A DNA stretch of 64,000 nt from a bacterium (GTDB taxonomy: Bacteria; Chloroflexota; Dormibacteria; Aeolococcales; Bog-877). Position 1 is the first letter of the stretch. Every line of letters begins with the position of its first letter. The notes under the pieces are model-generated. The model did no database searches. It saw only the letters and a program-made list of their open reading frames with translations, and was not told the origin of the DNA. Position numbers and translations under genes: made by a program. Below, one piece after another: positions 25,211-33,577 of this stretch. The DNA lies in contig JAJYXT010000078.1 in the NCBI GenBank assembly GCA_021801645.1, forward strand, positions 4,103 through 68,102, in the 5' to 3' direction.

Positions 25211-26235
25211 GCTCCCGGCAGTTCCTCGCCAGCCTGGCCACCGTGGCTCTCATGGCGCTCTTCGGGTACGGGGTCTGGGCGGTCCTGGGGACGCTGCAGA
25301 GCAAGGCCAACCACGCCGTCGACCCCGTCCAGTCCCAGGCCCTGCTGGCCCTCCCCGGGACCATCTACCTCGCCCAGGGCGGCTCGCTGTACAGCCTCCA
25401 GGGGCTGCACTTCACGCGGCTCAGCACCCCACCCGGAGACTGGGTGCAGGTGGCTCCCGCCACCGGCGGGGACCTGCTGGCAGTGGACAAGGGCAACGGC
25501 TACAGCAACCTCTACCTCCTGAGCCCGGGCGGTCAGGTGATCCGCACCCTGCTCCAGGAGAGCTCCTCCAACTACTTCAACAACCACTTCGTCTACTACC
25601 CCCGGGTCAGCCCCAACGGGCAGAGCCTCTTCTACGCCTGGAACTGGATCGACCCCTACGCCAACTACAACGTCGACTTCGAGATCCTCTCGGCTCCCCT
25701 CTCCAATCCAGGGGCCGGCCCCACGGTCTGGAGCCTCTCCAACCTCTACTACCAGGGAGGGGACGTGGAACCGGTCCCACTGGCCAACGGCTCCCTGATC
25801 TACGTCAAGTACGCCACCAACACCAGCAGCGGAGCCGTGTACTCGCAGCTGGCGTACGTCACCTCACCCGGTGCCGAGCCCCAGTACCTCACCACCCCGG
25901 AGCAGAACTGCAGCGAGCCCGCCCTCAACCCTCAGGGCACCGAGATCGCCATGATCTGTTCCAACAATCAGCTCCAGACCTCCACCCTCGACGTTGCCAG
26001 CTGGAACGGAAGCGCCCTCGGGCCGTTGGTGGAGCTCTCTCCCGGTCCGATGGCGGCGATGCCCACCTGGGCGCCCAACGGACAGAGCCTGGTCTTCATG
26101 AACGTCCCGGAGCGAGCCCTCCCCTTCCAGCTCTACTGGGTCCCCAAGGCCGGCACCGCCAAGCCGGGCGCACCGCAGCAGGTGACCCAGGACCTCTCCC
26201 TGACGGCGACCTCGGCCCCGGTCTGGTACCCGTGA
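25207..26235 (+). CDS. Membrane-anchored TolB-like (PD40 beta-propeller repeat) protein
   Basis: ORF 25207..26235 overlaps the LCP stop (ATGA). N-terminal TM. Repeated SPNGQSLFY / APNGQSLVF-type motifs. Confidence 0.7.
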   Translation: MSSRQFLASLATVALMALFGYGVWAVLGTLQSKANHAVDPVQSQALLALPGTIYLAQGGSLYSLQGLHFTRLSTPPGDWVQVAPATGGDLLAVDKGNGYSNLYLLSPGGQVIRTLLQESSSNYFNNHFVYYPRVSPNGQSLFYAWNWIDPYANYNVDFEILSAPLSNPGAGPTVWSLSNLYYQGGDVEPVPLANGSLIYVKYATNTSSGAVYSQLAYVTSPGAEPQYLTTPEQNCSEPALNPQGTEIAMICSNNQLQTSTLDVASWNGSALGPLVELSPGPMAAMPTWAPNGQSLVFMNVPERALPFQLYWVPKAGTAKPGAPQQVTQDLSLTATSAPVWYP

Positions 26236-26456
26236 CATCGACGGTGGCCGCGGGCTAGTCCGCGCAAGGCCGGGTCAAATTACCCGACCGCAGCCAGCAC
26301 CTCCGGTCACCGGCTCGCGCGACTTGCCGACGGAAAACGGAATGTCAGCCAGGGTGAATTCCGCGACGGCGGCCGGATGGGCCTGGAGGGCGGTCCTGAG
26401 CCCGTGAGGCGCTCGCACCTGGAGGACGGCTAGCGCACCGGATCGACCTCTTCCGG

Positions 26457-29081
26457 CTAGTTAGCCCCGGCGGAGTCTCCTGGCACCCTCGGCGGCTGCC
26501 AGGGGCGTCCCAGCTCATCCACCAAGAGCGCGACGAGTGCCGTCCACCCGGTCTGGTGCGAGGCCCCCTGGCCGCTCCCGTCCTCGGCGTGGAAGTACTC
26601 GTGGAAGAGCAGGCAGTCCCGCCAGGTGGGATCCTCCTGGAACTTCGAGTACCCTCCGAACACCGGACGCCGTCCGTCCTCGCCGCGGCGCAACAGCGAG
26701 ACCGTGCGCCGCGCCAGCTGGTCAGCCACCTCGGTCAGGTTCAGGGACGGGCCACCAGGTGCAGGAAACTCGTGGGTGAATCCGGGCCCGAGCCCGACCC
26801 CGAGGAGCCGCAGGGCCTGTATCAGCAGGTATCCCGTGGGCAGCCAGATCGGCCCCCGCCAGTTGGAGTTGCCCCCCATGATCCGCTCGTCGGCCGCGCC
26901 CGGCTCGTACCGGACCGGGGACATCTCGGGCACCAGCTGGGACTGGAAGGGCACCTGCTCGTGCGCCTTGGACAGCGAGCGCAGCCCGAAGTCGGAGAGG
27001 AACTCCGCGGGGCTCAGCAGCCGGTCCAGGAGCCGGTGCAGCCTCTCTGGGCCGAGCAGCGAGAGTACGGCGTAGGGATCGTCGCCAGCTGCCCGGTAAT
27101 GGAACGCGCGCTGCTGCTGGTTGGCCGCCAGCTGGCGCGCCAGGCGGGGCAGGCGGTCCAGGGTGTGCTGGTGCACCACCTCAGTGGCCGCCAATGGCAG
27201 CAGGCCCACCAGACTGCGCACCCGCAGCACCTCGCTGCGCCCGTCGGCGAGCCGGAGACGGTCGTAGTAGAAGCCTTCGTTCTCGTCCCAGAGCCCGGGC
27301 TGACCATCGTCACCGTTGAGCGCCTGGGCGATGTGGGCGAAGTGGTTGAAGAAGCGGATGGCCATGTCCTCGTACTGCGGCTCCTCCACCGCCAGCTCGG
27401 CGGCGATCCGGAACATCTTCACGGCGAACATCCCCACCCAGGCGGTGGCGTCCGCCTCCCAGATCTCGGCCCCGGACGGGAGGTGGCTGCGGTCCACCGC
27501 GGAGATGTTGTCCAGCCCGAGGAAGCCGCCGGCGAAGATGTCGTGGGCGCTCACGTCGCGACGGTTCACCCACCAGCCGTAGTTGAACAGCAGGGCCAGG
27601 AAGGCCCTCTCCAGGAACTCCCGGTCTGGCTGGCCGGTGCGGTTGCGCTCGCGGACGTAGATCTGCCAGACGGCGGCGGCGTGGACCGGTGGGTTGGAGT
27701 CGGAAAAGCTCCACTCGTAGGCGGGGAGCTGCCCGTCCTCCCGGGTGTAATCGGGCCGCAGCAGCAGCATCACCTGGCTCTTGGCCAGCTCGGGATCGTA
27801 TGGCTGCAGGGCCAGGGCGTGGAACGCCAGGTCCCACGAGGCGAACCAGGGATACTCCCAGCTGTCCGGCATGACGATCACGTCCGCCGCCCTCAGGCCC
27901 CGCCAGCCAGCATTCCTGCCCGCAAGCCGTGACGCCGGAGGTGGTGGCTCGGCGGGGTCGCCGTCCAGCCACCGGCCGACGTCGTACTCGTAGTACTGCT
28001 GCGTCCAGATCAGCCCGGCCAAACCCTGCCGGAGGATCAGCCGGTCGTCATCGTCGCAGGCCCCCGGGGACGAGCGCAGGTGGTACGCGGTGGCGGCAGC
28101 CCGCTGGCGCTCGCACACTGAGTCCACCAGCGTGGGCGACAGCCCCTCCCGATCCCCCCAGACCCAGCGCACCACCCGGCTCTCCCCCGCCCCAAGCTCG
28201 AGGATGAACTGGGCCGCGGCCCGGGTCCCCTGCCCGGCGGGATTGCACAGGCTGGGATCCTGGCGGACCACCGCATCGCCTATCGCTCCCTTGGGGTACC
28301 GGGTGGTGCCCGGAGCCCCGAAGAGCTGGGCCATGTCGGTCTCGTTGTCGCAGAAGAGGAAGGTGGCGCCCGGGTCGACCGCCAGCCGGTAGCCGGGGAA
28401 GCCGGGATGATCGAGAACCACCGCCCCATCCCGCAGTGCGAGCCCCGGCGGGGACTGCCCGGACCACGACCAGGTGTTGCGCAGCCACACCTGGGAGAGC
28501 AGGTGGAGCCGGGCCGGCTCGGAGCTGCGGTTGGTGACGGTCACCCGGCAGCAGACGACGGTGGGCGAGTCCTTCGCGTATTCGATTTGAACGTCGAAGT
28601 AGCGGCCGTCCTGAAAGAAGCCAAGGTCCAGCAGCTTGAGTTCGGGACCAGGCTCCCGATTGCGCTCCCGCAGCTCCTGATAAGGAAACGCAGCCATCGG
28701 ATAGCGGTAGACGGCGGCAAGGTAGCTGGCGTCCGGCAGGGCGTCCAGGTAGTGCCAGTACTCCTTGACGTCCTCGCCGTGATTGCCCTCGGCGTTGGTG
28801 AGGCCGAACAGCCTCTCCTTGAGGATCTCGTCGGCCCCGTTCCATAGTCCCAGCCCGAGGCACACCAGCTGCCGGCGGTCGGAGATGCCCAGCAGCCCGT
28901 CCTCCCCCCATCGGTAGGCCCTCAGACGGCTTTGCTCGAAGGGGAAATATGCCCAGGCATCCCCGTCGGCGCTGTAGTCCTCCCGGACCGTGCCCCACTG
29001 ACGAAGCGAAAGGAAAGGCCCCCAAAGCCCCTCGGGCCCCTCCGGCCGTGGGTTCTCGGGCTCATGGGTGGAGGCGGGCAC
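26457..29081 (-). CDS. GH63-like (MGH1/YgjK-type) glucosidase, 874 aa
   Basis: ORF 26457..29081. Its size and conserved blocks (RAYRWGEDGLLGISD, LWNGADEILKERLFGL, EGNHGEDVKEYW, SNWRGPIWLP) are as I recall for this family. Confidence 0.7.
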   Translation of the reverse strand: MPASTHEPENPRPEGPEGLWGPFLSLRQWGTVREDYSADGDAWAYFPFEQSRLRAYRWGEDGLLGISDRRQLVCLGLGLWNGADEILKERLFGLTNAEGNHGEDVKEYWHYLDALPDASYLAAVYRYPMAAFPYQELRERNREPGPELKLLDLGFFQDGRYFDVQIEYAKDSPTVVCCRVTVTNRSSEPARLHLLSQVWLRNTWSWSGQSPPGLALRDGAVVLDHPGFPGYRLAVDPGATFLFCDNETDMAQLFGAPGTTRYPKGAIGDAVVRQDPSLCNPAGQGTRAAAQFILELGAGESRVVRWVWGDREGLSPTLVDSVCERQRAAATAYHLRSSPGACDDDDRLILRQGLAGLIWTQQYYEYDVGRWLDGDPAEPPPPASRLAGRNAGWRGLRAADVIVMPDSWEYPWFASWDLAFHALALQPYDPELAKSQVMLLLRPDYTREDGQLPAYEWSFSDSNPPVHAAAVWQIYVRERNRTGQPDREFLERAFLALLFNYGWWVNRRDVSAHDIFAGGFLGLDNISAVDRSHLPSGAEIWEADATAWVGMFAVKMFRIAAELAVEEPQYEDMAIRFFNHFAHIAQALNGDDGQPGLWDENEGFYYDRLRLADGRSEVLRVRSLVGLLPLAATEVVHQHTLDRLPRLARQLAANQQQRAFHYRAAGDDPYAVLSLLGPERLHRLLDRLLSPAEFLSDFGLRSLSKAHEQVPFQSQLVPEMSPVRYEPGAADERIMGGNSNWRGPIWLPTGYLLIQALRLLGVGLGPGFTHEFPAPGGPSLNLTEVADQLARRTVSLLRRGEDGRRPVFGGYSKFQEDPTWRDCLLFHEYFHAEDGSGQGASHQTGWTALVALLVDELGRPWQPPRVPGDSAGAN

Positions 29082-29093
29082 CGTGGGATTGTC

Positions 29094-29348
29094 TCAGCCG
29101 GAGGGAGGAACCGGTCTGGGCTCATCCCGGCGGGCCCTCCGGCTCGGGTTGCCGTCCATGACGAGGGCCAGCGCCGGGCAGGCACCGACGGTCCGGCGAG
29201 CCAGCCGGCCCAGGTGGCGTGGCACCGGGTCAGCGGAGATGATCGGATAGCCGAAGTCATCCAGCGTGATCAGCTCGGGCAGCATCTCTGCGCAGAGCCG
29301 GTGGCCGACGCAGAGGGTGGGATCCACGTGCAGGTAGCGGCCGCTCAC
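29094..29348 (-). CDS. Small ferredoxin (84 aa)
   Basis: C-terminal part of ORF 29094..29615. The GTG at 29348 overlaps the upstream stop (GTGA). Sequence: YLHVDPTLCVGHRLCAEMLPELITLDDFGYP...ACPALAL. Confidence 0.7.
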   Translation of the reverse strand: MSGRYLHVDPTLCVGHRLCAEMLPELITLDDFGYPIISADPVPRHLGRLARRTVGACPALALVMDGNPSRRARRDEPRPVPPSG

Positions 29349-30643
29349 TGCGGATCCGGGGCAGGGGGCAGCGACAGCAACGAAGGCCGGTAGCCACCAC
29401 AGGCTCCCGAACGGTGGCGCCGCAGCTCGTCTGGGAAGGCGCTGGCCGCCGAGCGGGCAAGGTTCACCGCCCCGTCCGGGTGCCGACAGGCGCCGCGGCC
29501 CTCGATCTGGTCGCCCCACCGCTCCAGCTGCTCCAGCGCCGCTTCCGAGCCGGTCTTGGCCACCTCGTTCAGGGCTGAAGCCATCGCCGGAAGACCGAAG
29601 GCGCAGGGCCCACACTGGCGGGCTCCCTGGGCCGCCAGCCAGGCCAGGATCCGCCCTGACTCCCGAAGTCCGCAGGTGCCCTGGGGAAGCAGGTGGAGGA
29701 CCCCGGCCCCGGGAGTCGCCCCGGCCGGGCGAAGGCCGCTCCGGGAGAGCGTGAGCCGCTGGACGTCGGGGGCTCGCAGCCAGGAGCCGAAATAGCCGCC
29801 CACCAGCAGAGCTACGGCCCCAGGATCGGCCCCGGCCACGTAGAGGACTTCGGGAAGCGGGGTGCCGATGGGCACCTCATAGACCCCGGGCGCCTCCACC
29901 GCTCCGCTGAGGGTCACGAGCATGGTGCCGGGCTCGTCGGCGACCCCAGCCCCCCGGAACCACTCCGGCCCAAGCCGGACCACCAGGCCGAGGTGGGCAA
30001 GCGTCTCGACGTTCTGCACCAGGGTCGGCAGCCCCCGCCATCCCCGGTCGACCACCCGGGGGGGCTGGTACCGGGGAAGGGCCTGGCCACCCTCCAGCCA
30101 GCGGATCAGAGCGGTCTCCTCGCCGCCCACGAAGTTCGTCGGCCCGCGCACCACCTCGACCGGGATCGGCACGTCCGGGCGTTCCCGGAGAGCTGCCTCC
30201 ACCGCCGCCACCGCCGGGGCTGTGTGGGCGACCAGGAATGCCTGTCGAGCGCCGAGGATTCGGGTAGCCGCCAGCAACCCATCGAGGACCAGGTGGGGAC
30301 GGAGGCGGAGCAGGAGGTCATCCTTGCCCGCCGCCGGTTCGGTCTCCGAACCGTTCGCCACCACCACCGACCCCGGGCCGTGGCGGCGCACGGCGGCCAG
30401 CTTCTCGGCCGTCGGGAAGCCGCCACCACCACGCCCCCGAAGACCGGAGCGCCGCACCCGCTCCAGGAGCTGGTGGTGCCCCGCCCTTCCCGTCCAGTCT
30501 GTGATGCCTCCGCCCAGCCTGCCCACGTGGTCTGCCAGCGGCTCGGCCCCGCCCAGCTTCGGCCCGGCCAGGAGGCGCTGATTCCAGGGACCGCTTCGGG
30601 GCACACGCAGCTCCCCCGGCGCGGCCGGGGCTACAAGGGTCAC
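29345..30643 (-). CDS. NuoF-like (complex I 51-kDa family) NADH/FMN/[4Fe-4S] protein
   Basis: ORF 29345..30643 (GTG, GTGA overlap). FMN site RGRGGGGFPTAEK. GGEETALI. Cluster ligands QCGPCAFG...GACRHPDG. Confidence 0.8.
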   Translation of the reverse strand: MTLVAPAAPGELRVPRSGPWNQRLLAGPKLGGAEPLADHVGRLGGGITDWTGRAGHHQLLERVRRSGLRGRGGGGFPTAEKLAAVRRHGPGSVVVANGSETEPAAGKDDLLLRLRPHLVLDGLLAATRILGARQAFLVAHTAPAVAAVEAALRERPDVPIPVEVVRGPTNFVGGEETALIRWLEGGQALPRYQPPRVVDRGWRGLPTLVQNVETLAHLGLVVRLGPEWFRGAGVADEPGTMLVTLSGAVEAPGVYEVPIGTPLPEVLYVAGADPGAVALLVGGYFGSWLRAPDVQRLTLSRSGLRPAGATPGAGVLHLLPQGTCGLRESGRILAWLAAQGARQCGPCAFGLPAMASALNEVAKTGSEAALEQLERWGDQIEGRGACRHPDGAVNLARSAASAFPDELRRHRSGACGGYRPSLLSLPPAPDPQ

Positions 30644-31752
30644 GAGTCCTGGCCACCGTCCTGGCCGGCTCCGCCAGCGGGGGCACTGCCAAAGTAGAAA
30701 AGGCCAGAGACCGAGGAGGCGGGGACGGGGCCACTGATGGTCAGCTCAGCCGGCTCCGATTGGCCTCCGCCAGCAGCGAGCCTCATGATCAGTGAACCTG
30801 GACCCACCGACACGACCCTGCCCGTGTAGACCAAGGACCCGGGGGCGGGCCGGTAGGTGACCGACCCCTGGTCCACCGCGATGGTTCCGTCGGGCAGCTG
30901 GCTGGCGGACAGGGAGACCAGAAGCTGGCCCCCCACTCCTCCCTGCACCTGTCCAGAGATGGTGATCGTCTCACCGTTGCCGCCTGCGGAGGAGGTGGCC
31001 GAGCCCACGAACCTGGCCGTGAAGGGGGCCGGGAGGGACGCCTGCCCGCCAGCGCCCGTCGAGGCCGGAGCTCCCGAGGCGAGTGCGGTGGTGGGAGTCC
31101 CGGCTTGCCGGGCCCAGCCACTCTGCAGCGGCCCGGCCGCCGACCAGGCCAGAACCGCCATGGGGGTGGCCGCGACCGCCGCCATGATGACGCCCCGCAC
31201 GGCCACCCGCGGCCGGGTGGCCCGGGCCACCCGGAAGATCACTGTCGTAGCCACCAGTCCCACGCAGCCCAACTCGAACCCGAAGACCCAGGTGAGCTTG
31301 GTGTCGGTGCCGGTGCCCAGCGAATGGAGGACGGCAACCGGCCAGGAGACGTAGGTGAGCCAGTGGATCACCCGCCACCAGCGTGGCCGAAGGTGGGATC
31401 GCAGCAGGCTGGTTACCACCACGGCGGCCATGAGGTCCAGGCTGAGGGTGCCGAGCCCCAGCCAGAAGGGCCGGTAAGGGCTCACGAACGGCACCAGGGC
31501 CGCCCACCAGCCGACCGGGACGAACGGGTCCAGCTCGATGGTGACCACGTGGATGGTCAGGAGCACCACAGCCAGGAGGGCGAGGTTGCGATGCACCGCC
31601 TGCACCGCAAACCGCGGCCAGCTCTCGGGGTGCCACCCGCCCTGGATGGCGATCCCCATGACCAGATTGACCGTGAGCACCGCCAGCAGCACCAGACCAC
31701 TTCCGCGGGCCAGGTACCAGAGAGTCATCGTCCCTCCGACGGCGGCGGCCAT
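30640..31752 (-). CDS. Ferric-reductase/MsrQ-like di-heme transmembrane protein with an extracytoplasmic C-terminal domain
   Basis: ORF 30640..31752. TM His pairs: AVHRNLALLAVVLLTIHVV and VIHWLTYVSWPVAVLHS. The ~170-aa Ser/Gly-rich C-terminal domain has unknown fold. Confidence 0.75.
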   Translation of the reverse strand: MAAAVGGTMTLWYLARGSGLVLLAVLTVNLVMGIAIQGGWHPESWPRFAVQAVHRNLALLAVVLLTIHVVTIELDPFVPVGWWAALVPFVSPYRPFWLGLGTLSLDLMAAVVVTSLLRSHLRPRWWRVIHWLTYVSWPVAVLHSLGTGTDTKLTWVFGFELGCVGLVATTVIFRVARATRPRVAVRGVIMAAVAATPMAVLAWSAAGPLQSGWARQAGTPTTALASGAPASTGAGGQASLPAPFTARFVGSATSSAGGNGETITISGQVQGGVGGQLLVSLSASQLPDGTIAVDQGSVTYRPAPGSLVYTGRVVSVGPGSLIMRLAAGGGQSEPAELTISGPVPASSVSGLFYFGSAPAGGAGQDGGQDS

Positions 31753-31754
31753 CG

Positions 31755-32735
31755 TCAGGCCCCGGCCCGGCCAGGCAGGGAAGCGAGCTCCTCACCCTGA
31801 GAGGGCCAGCCGCCGCAATGGACGACCCGACCGTCCGCGGCCACCAGCCGGGCCGCGGCGCCAAACCGGGCCAGGAGCCCCTCCGCCCGATCTCCAGCCA
31901 CGAGGGCCGCGGTGGACAGGGCATTGGCCCGCAGGCAGGTGTCGGCGACGACGGTTGCCGTCCGCCAGCGCCCTTGCGCCGGGCGGCCGGTGCGAGGGTC
32001 GATCAGGTGGTGCATGGCCGTCCCCTGGCGGATCCAGCGCCGGACCACGGTCGAGGAGGTCGCCATGCCTCGCGCCAGAAGGGTGACCGTCTGCCCAGGC
32101 TCCTCCCCTCCCCCCCTATGGTCATCCCCGATCCGAACTGTCCAGCCACCTGCGGGCACCGGGCCTGCGGTGGCGATGTCCCCACCCAGGCTCACCAGGC
32201 AGGCCGCACCGGAGGCAGCGCCGGCCCGAGACGCGGCGACATCCGCGGCTGAGGCCTTGGCCGTCGCCCCGAGGTCCAGTAGCACCCCCGAGGGGCGAGC
32301 GAGGACCGCACCCTCGAGCCGGACCTGGTGCCATCCGGGAGCTGGGGTCGAGGGTCTGGGGGCTGCGCTGGCGTCCTCATCGAGGTGGGAGAAGTCGCGG
32401 TCGTACCCGGCGGCCAGCAGAGCGGCGCCTACGGTGGGGTCGAGCAGACCATCGGTCGCTCGCGACCAGAAGAGGGCGTCAGCCAACAGGCTGGCCAGCC
32501 CATCGCTCACGCGGATCTCCGGCCGAGGGTCCGAGTTCACCCGGGCCAGTTCGGAGTCTGGCCTGAAGCGGCTGGCCAGGTCGTCAACCTGGGCGATCAC
32601 CCGGTCGGCCTCCCTCAACGCCGGAGCCAGTTGGTGCCCGCCCGCGATCAGGACCCGCGCGGTGGTACCGAGGGCCGGCCGCCAGGCCCCCGAGAGACCG
32701 GGGATGGGTGGCAGGCGGGCCCAACCCCCCTCCAC
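31755..32735 (-). CDS. apbE: FAD:protein FMN transferase (ApbE) catalytic domain; lacks its own signal or anchor
   Basis: ORF 31755..32735 (GTG). ALGTTARVLI, SRFRPDSELARVN, LDLGATAKA, GGDIA, HLIDPRTGRP. Confidence 0.85.
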   Translation of the reverse strand: MEGGWARLPPIPGLSGAWRPALGTTARVLIAGGHQLAPALREADRVIAQVDDLASRFRPDSELARVNSDPRPEIRVSDGLASLLADALFWSRATDGLLDPTVGAALLAAGYDRDFSHLDEDASAAPRPSTPAPGWHQVRLEGAVLARPSGVLLDLGATAKASAADVAASRAGAASGAACLVSLGGDIATAGPVPAGGWTVRIGDDHRGGGEEPGQTVTLLARGMATSSTVVRRWIRQGTAMHHLIDPRTGRPAQGRWRTATVVADTCLRANALSTAALVAGDRAEGLLARFGAAARLVAADGRVVHCGGWPSQGEELASLPGRAGA

Positions 32736-33035
32736 TCAGGAGCCGCCGGAGGTGACCACCGGCGGAGCGGTCGCGGGAGCGGGGGCAACGCCGCCAGAGG
32801 CGCTTCCCCCGCTCCCGGAGCTCGAGGCCGCCCCCCCGCCGGACGAGCCGGACGCAGGCGCGGATGCGGCGGCGCCGGTGGCGTGCGAGCTCCGGCCAGG
32901 TATGGCATTGGCGACGGCGGCCGCCACCGCCGCGGTACCCGCCATGGCCGCCAAGGTGAGCCACACGGTCGCCCGCCGCACCAGGGATTCGCCCCGGGTC
33001 CGCTCCCGCTGGCTGAAGGGAGGTGGGAGTGCCAT
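32736..33035 (-). CDS. Signal-anchor plus Ser/Gly/Ala linker ORF (99 aa), in frame with apbE and separated from it by one TGA
   Basis: ORF 32736..33035. TM VWLTLAAMAGTAAVAAAVA, then a low-complexity tail ending VVTSGGS. The TGA at 32736-32738 is followed immediately, in the same frame, by the apbE GTG at 32735. Confidence 0.5.
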   Translation of the reverse strand: MALPPPFSQRERTRGESLVRRATVWLTLAAMAGTAAVAAAVANAIPGRSSHATGAAASAPASGSSGGGAASSSGSGGSASGGVAPAPATAPPVVTSGGS

Positions 33036-33101
33036 GGGGCGATGGTCCCATTAAAAACTTGGAATCCAACCCAGAGAACACTGGGAATCACCTGGGGAAC
33101 A

Positions 33102-33151
33102 GATAACGCAAGTCAGTTGCGCAACCGGCTTGCTTTATGTATGATGGAGCC
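33102..33151 (+). promoter_or_regulatory. Candidate promoter/operator of the Fur-family gene: TTGCGC-17-TATGAT, palindromic TTGCGCAA at the -35, ATG 6 nt after the -10
   Basis: GATAACGCAAGTCAGTTGCGCAACC from 33102. TTGCGC at 33117-33122, TATGAT at 33140-33145, ATG at 33152. Confidence 0.4.
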
Positions 33152-33577
33152 ATGGGCAGAAGGCCGAAGATCGCGGGGGCGGTTCAGGAACTCATGGCGG
33201 CGCGGGGCCGGCATGCGTGGACGCTGGAGGAGTTGCGTCAGGCGCTGGCCGCCAAGGGGATCCGCGCCGACTTCTCCTCGGTGTTCCGGGCCACCGCTCG
33301 GCTGGAAACTGAGGGAGCCCTGCGCCGGGTGGAGCTGGACGATGGCCGCACCCATGTCGAGATCCGGGACGAGCACCACGACCACTTCCGGTGCGAGCTG
33401 TGTGGCGAGGTCGTGGCCGTTCCCTGTGAGGCATCCGGGGCGGCCATGCGGGCGCTGGAGGACGCCACCGGGCTGGAGATCCATGACCATCACCTGGTTT
33501 TGACCGGTGTCTGCCAGGGCTGTCGGTCCCGAACGTCCGACCAGCTGGTGCTGAGCGCAGCGGGGGCGGCATCGTGA
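33152..33577 (+). CDS. Fur-family metalloregulator
   Basis: In ORF 33137..33577. HHDHFRCELCGEVV and VLTGVCQGC Cys pairs. The start is ATG 33152 (leaderless layout) or ATG 33137. Confidence 0.85.
   Translation: MGRRPKIAGAVQELMAARGRHAWTLEELRQALAAKGIRADFSSVFRATARLETEGALRRVELDDGRTHVEIRDEHHDHFRCELCGEVVAVPCEASGAAMRALEDATGLEIHDHHLVLTGVCQGCRSRTSDQLVLSAAGAAS

Noticed and set aside
30640-31200. Calling the C-terminal tail of the ferric-reductase-like protein an FMN-binding (flavinylated) domain
   Set aside because: The closest motif is VGSATSS, which differs from the canonical D-x-x-[ST]-G-A-[ST] order. The rest does not resemble FMN_bind as I recall it. I leave it as an open question in the cluster finding.
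32736-32738. In-frame TGA in the anchor-ApbE gene as a selenocysteine codon
   Set aside because: The codon lies in a Ser/Gly low-complexity linker rather than a redox-active site. I see no obvious hairpin immediately downstream. Many neighbouring genes terminate with TGA. A nonsense mutation, read-through or sequencing error is more likely.
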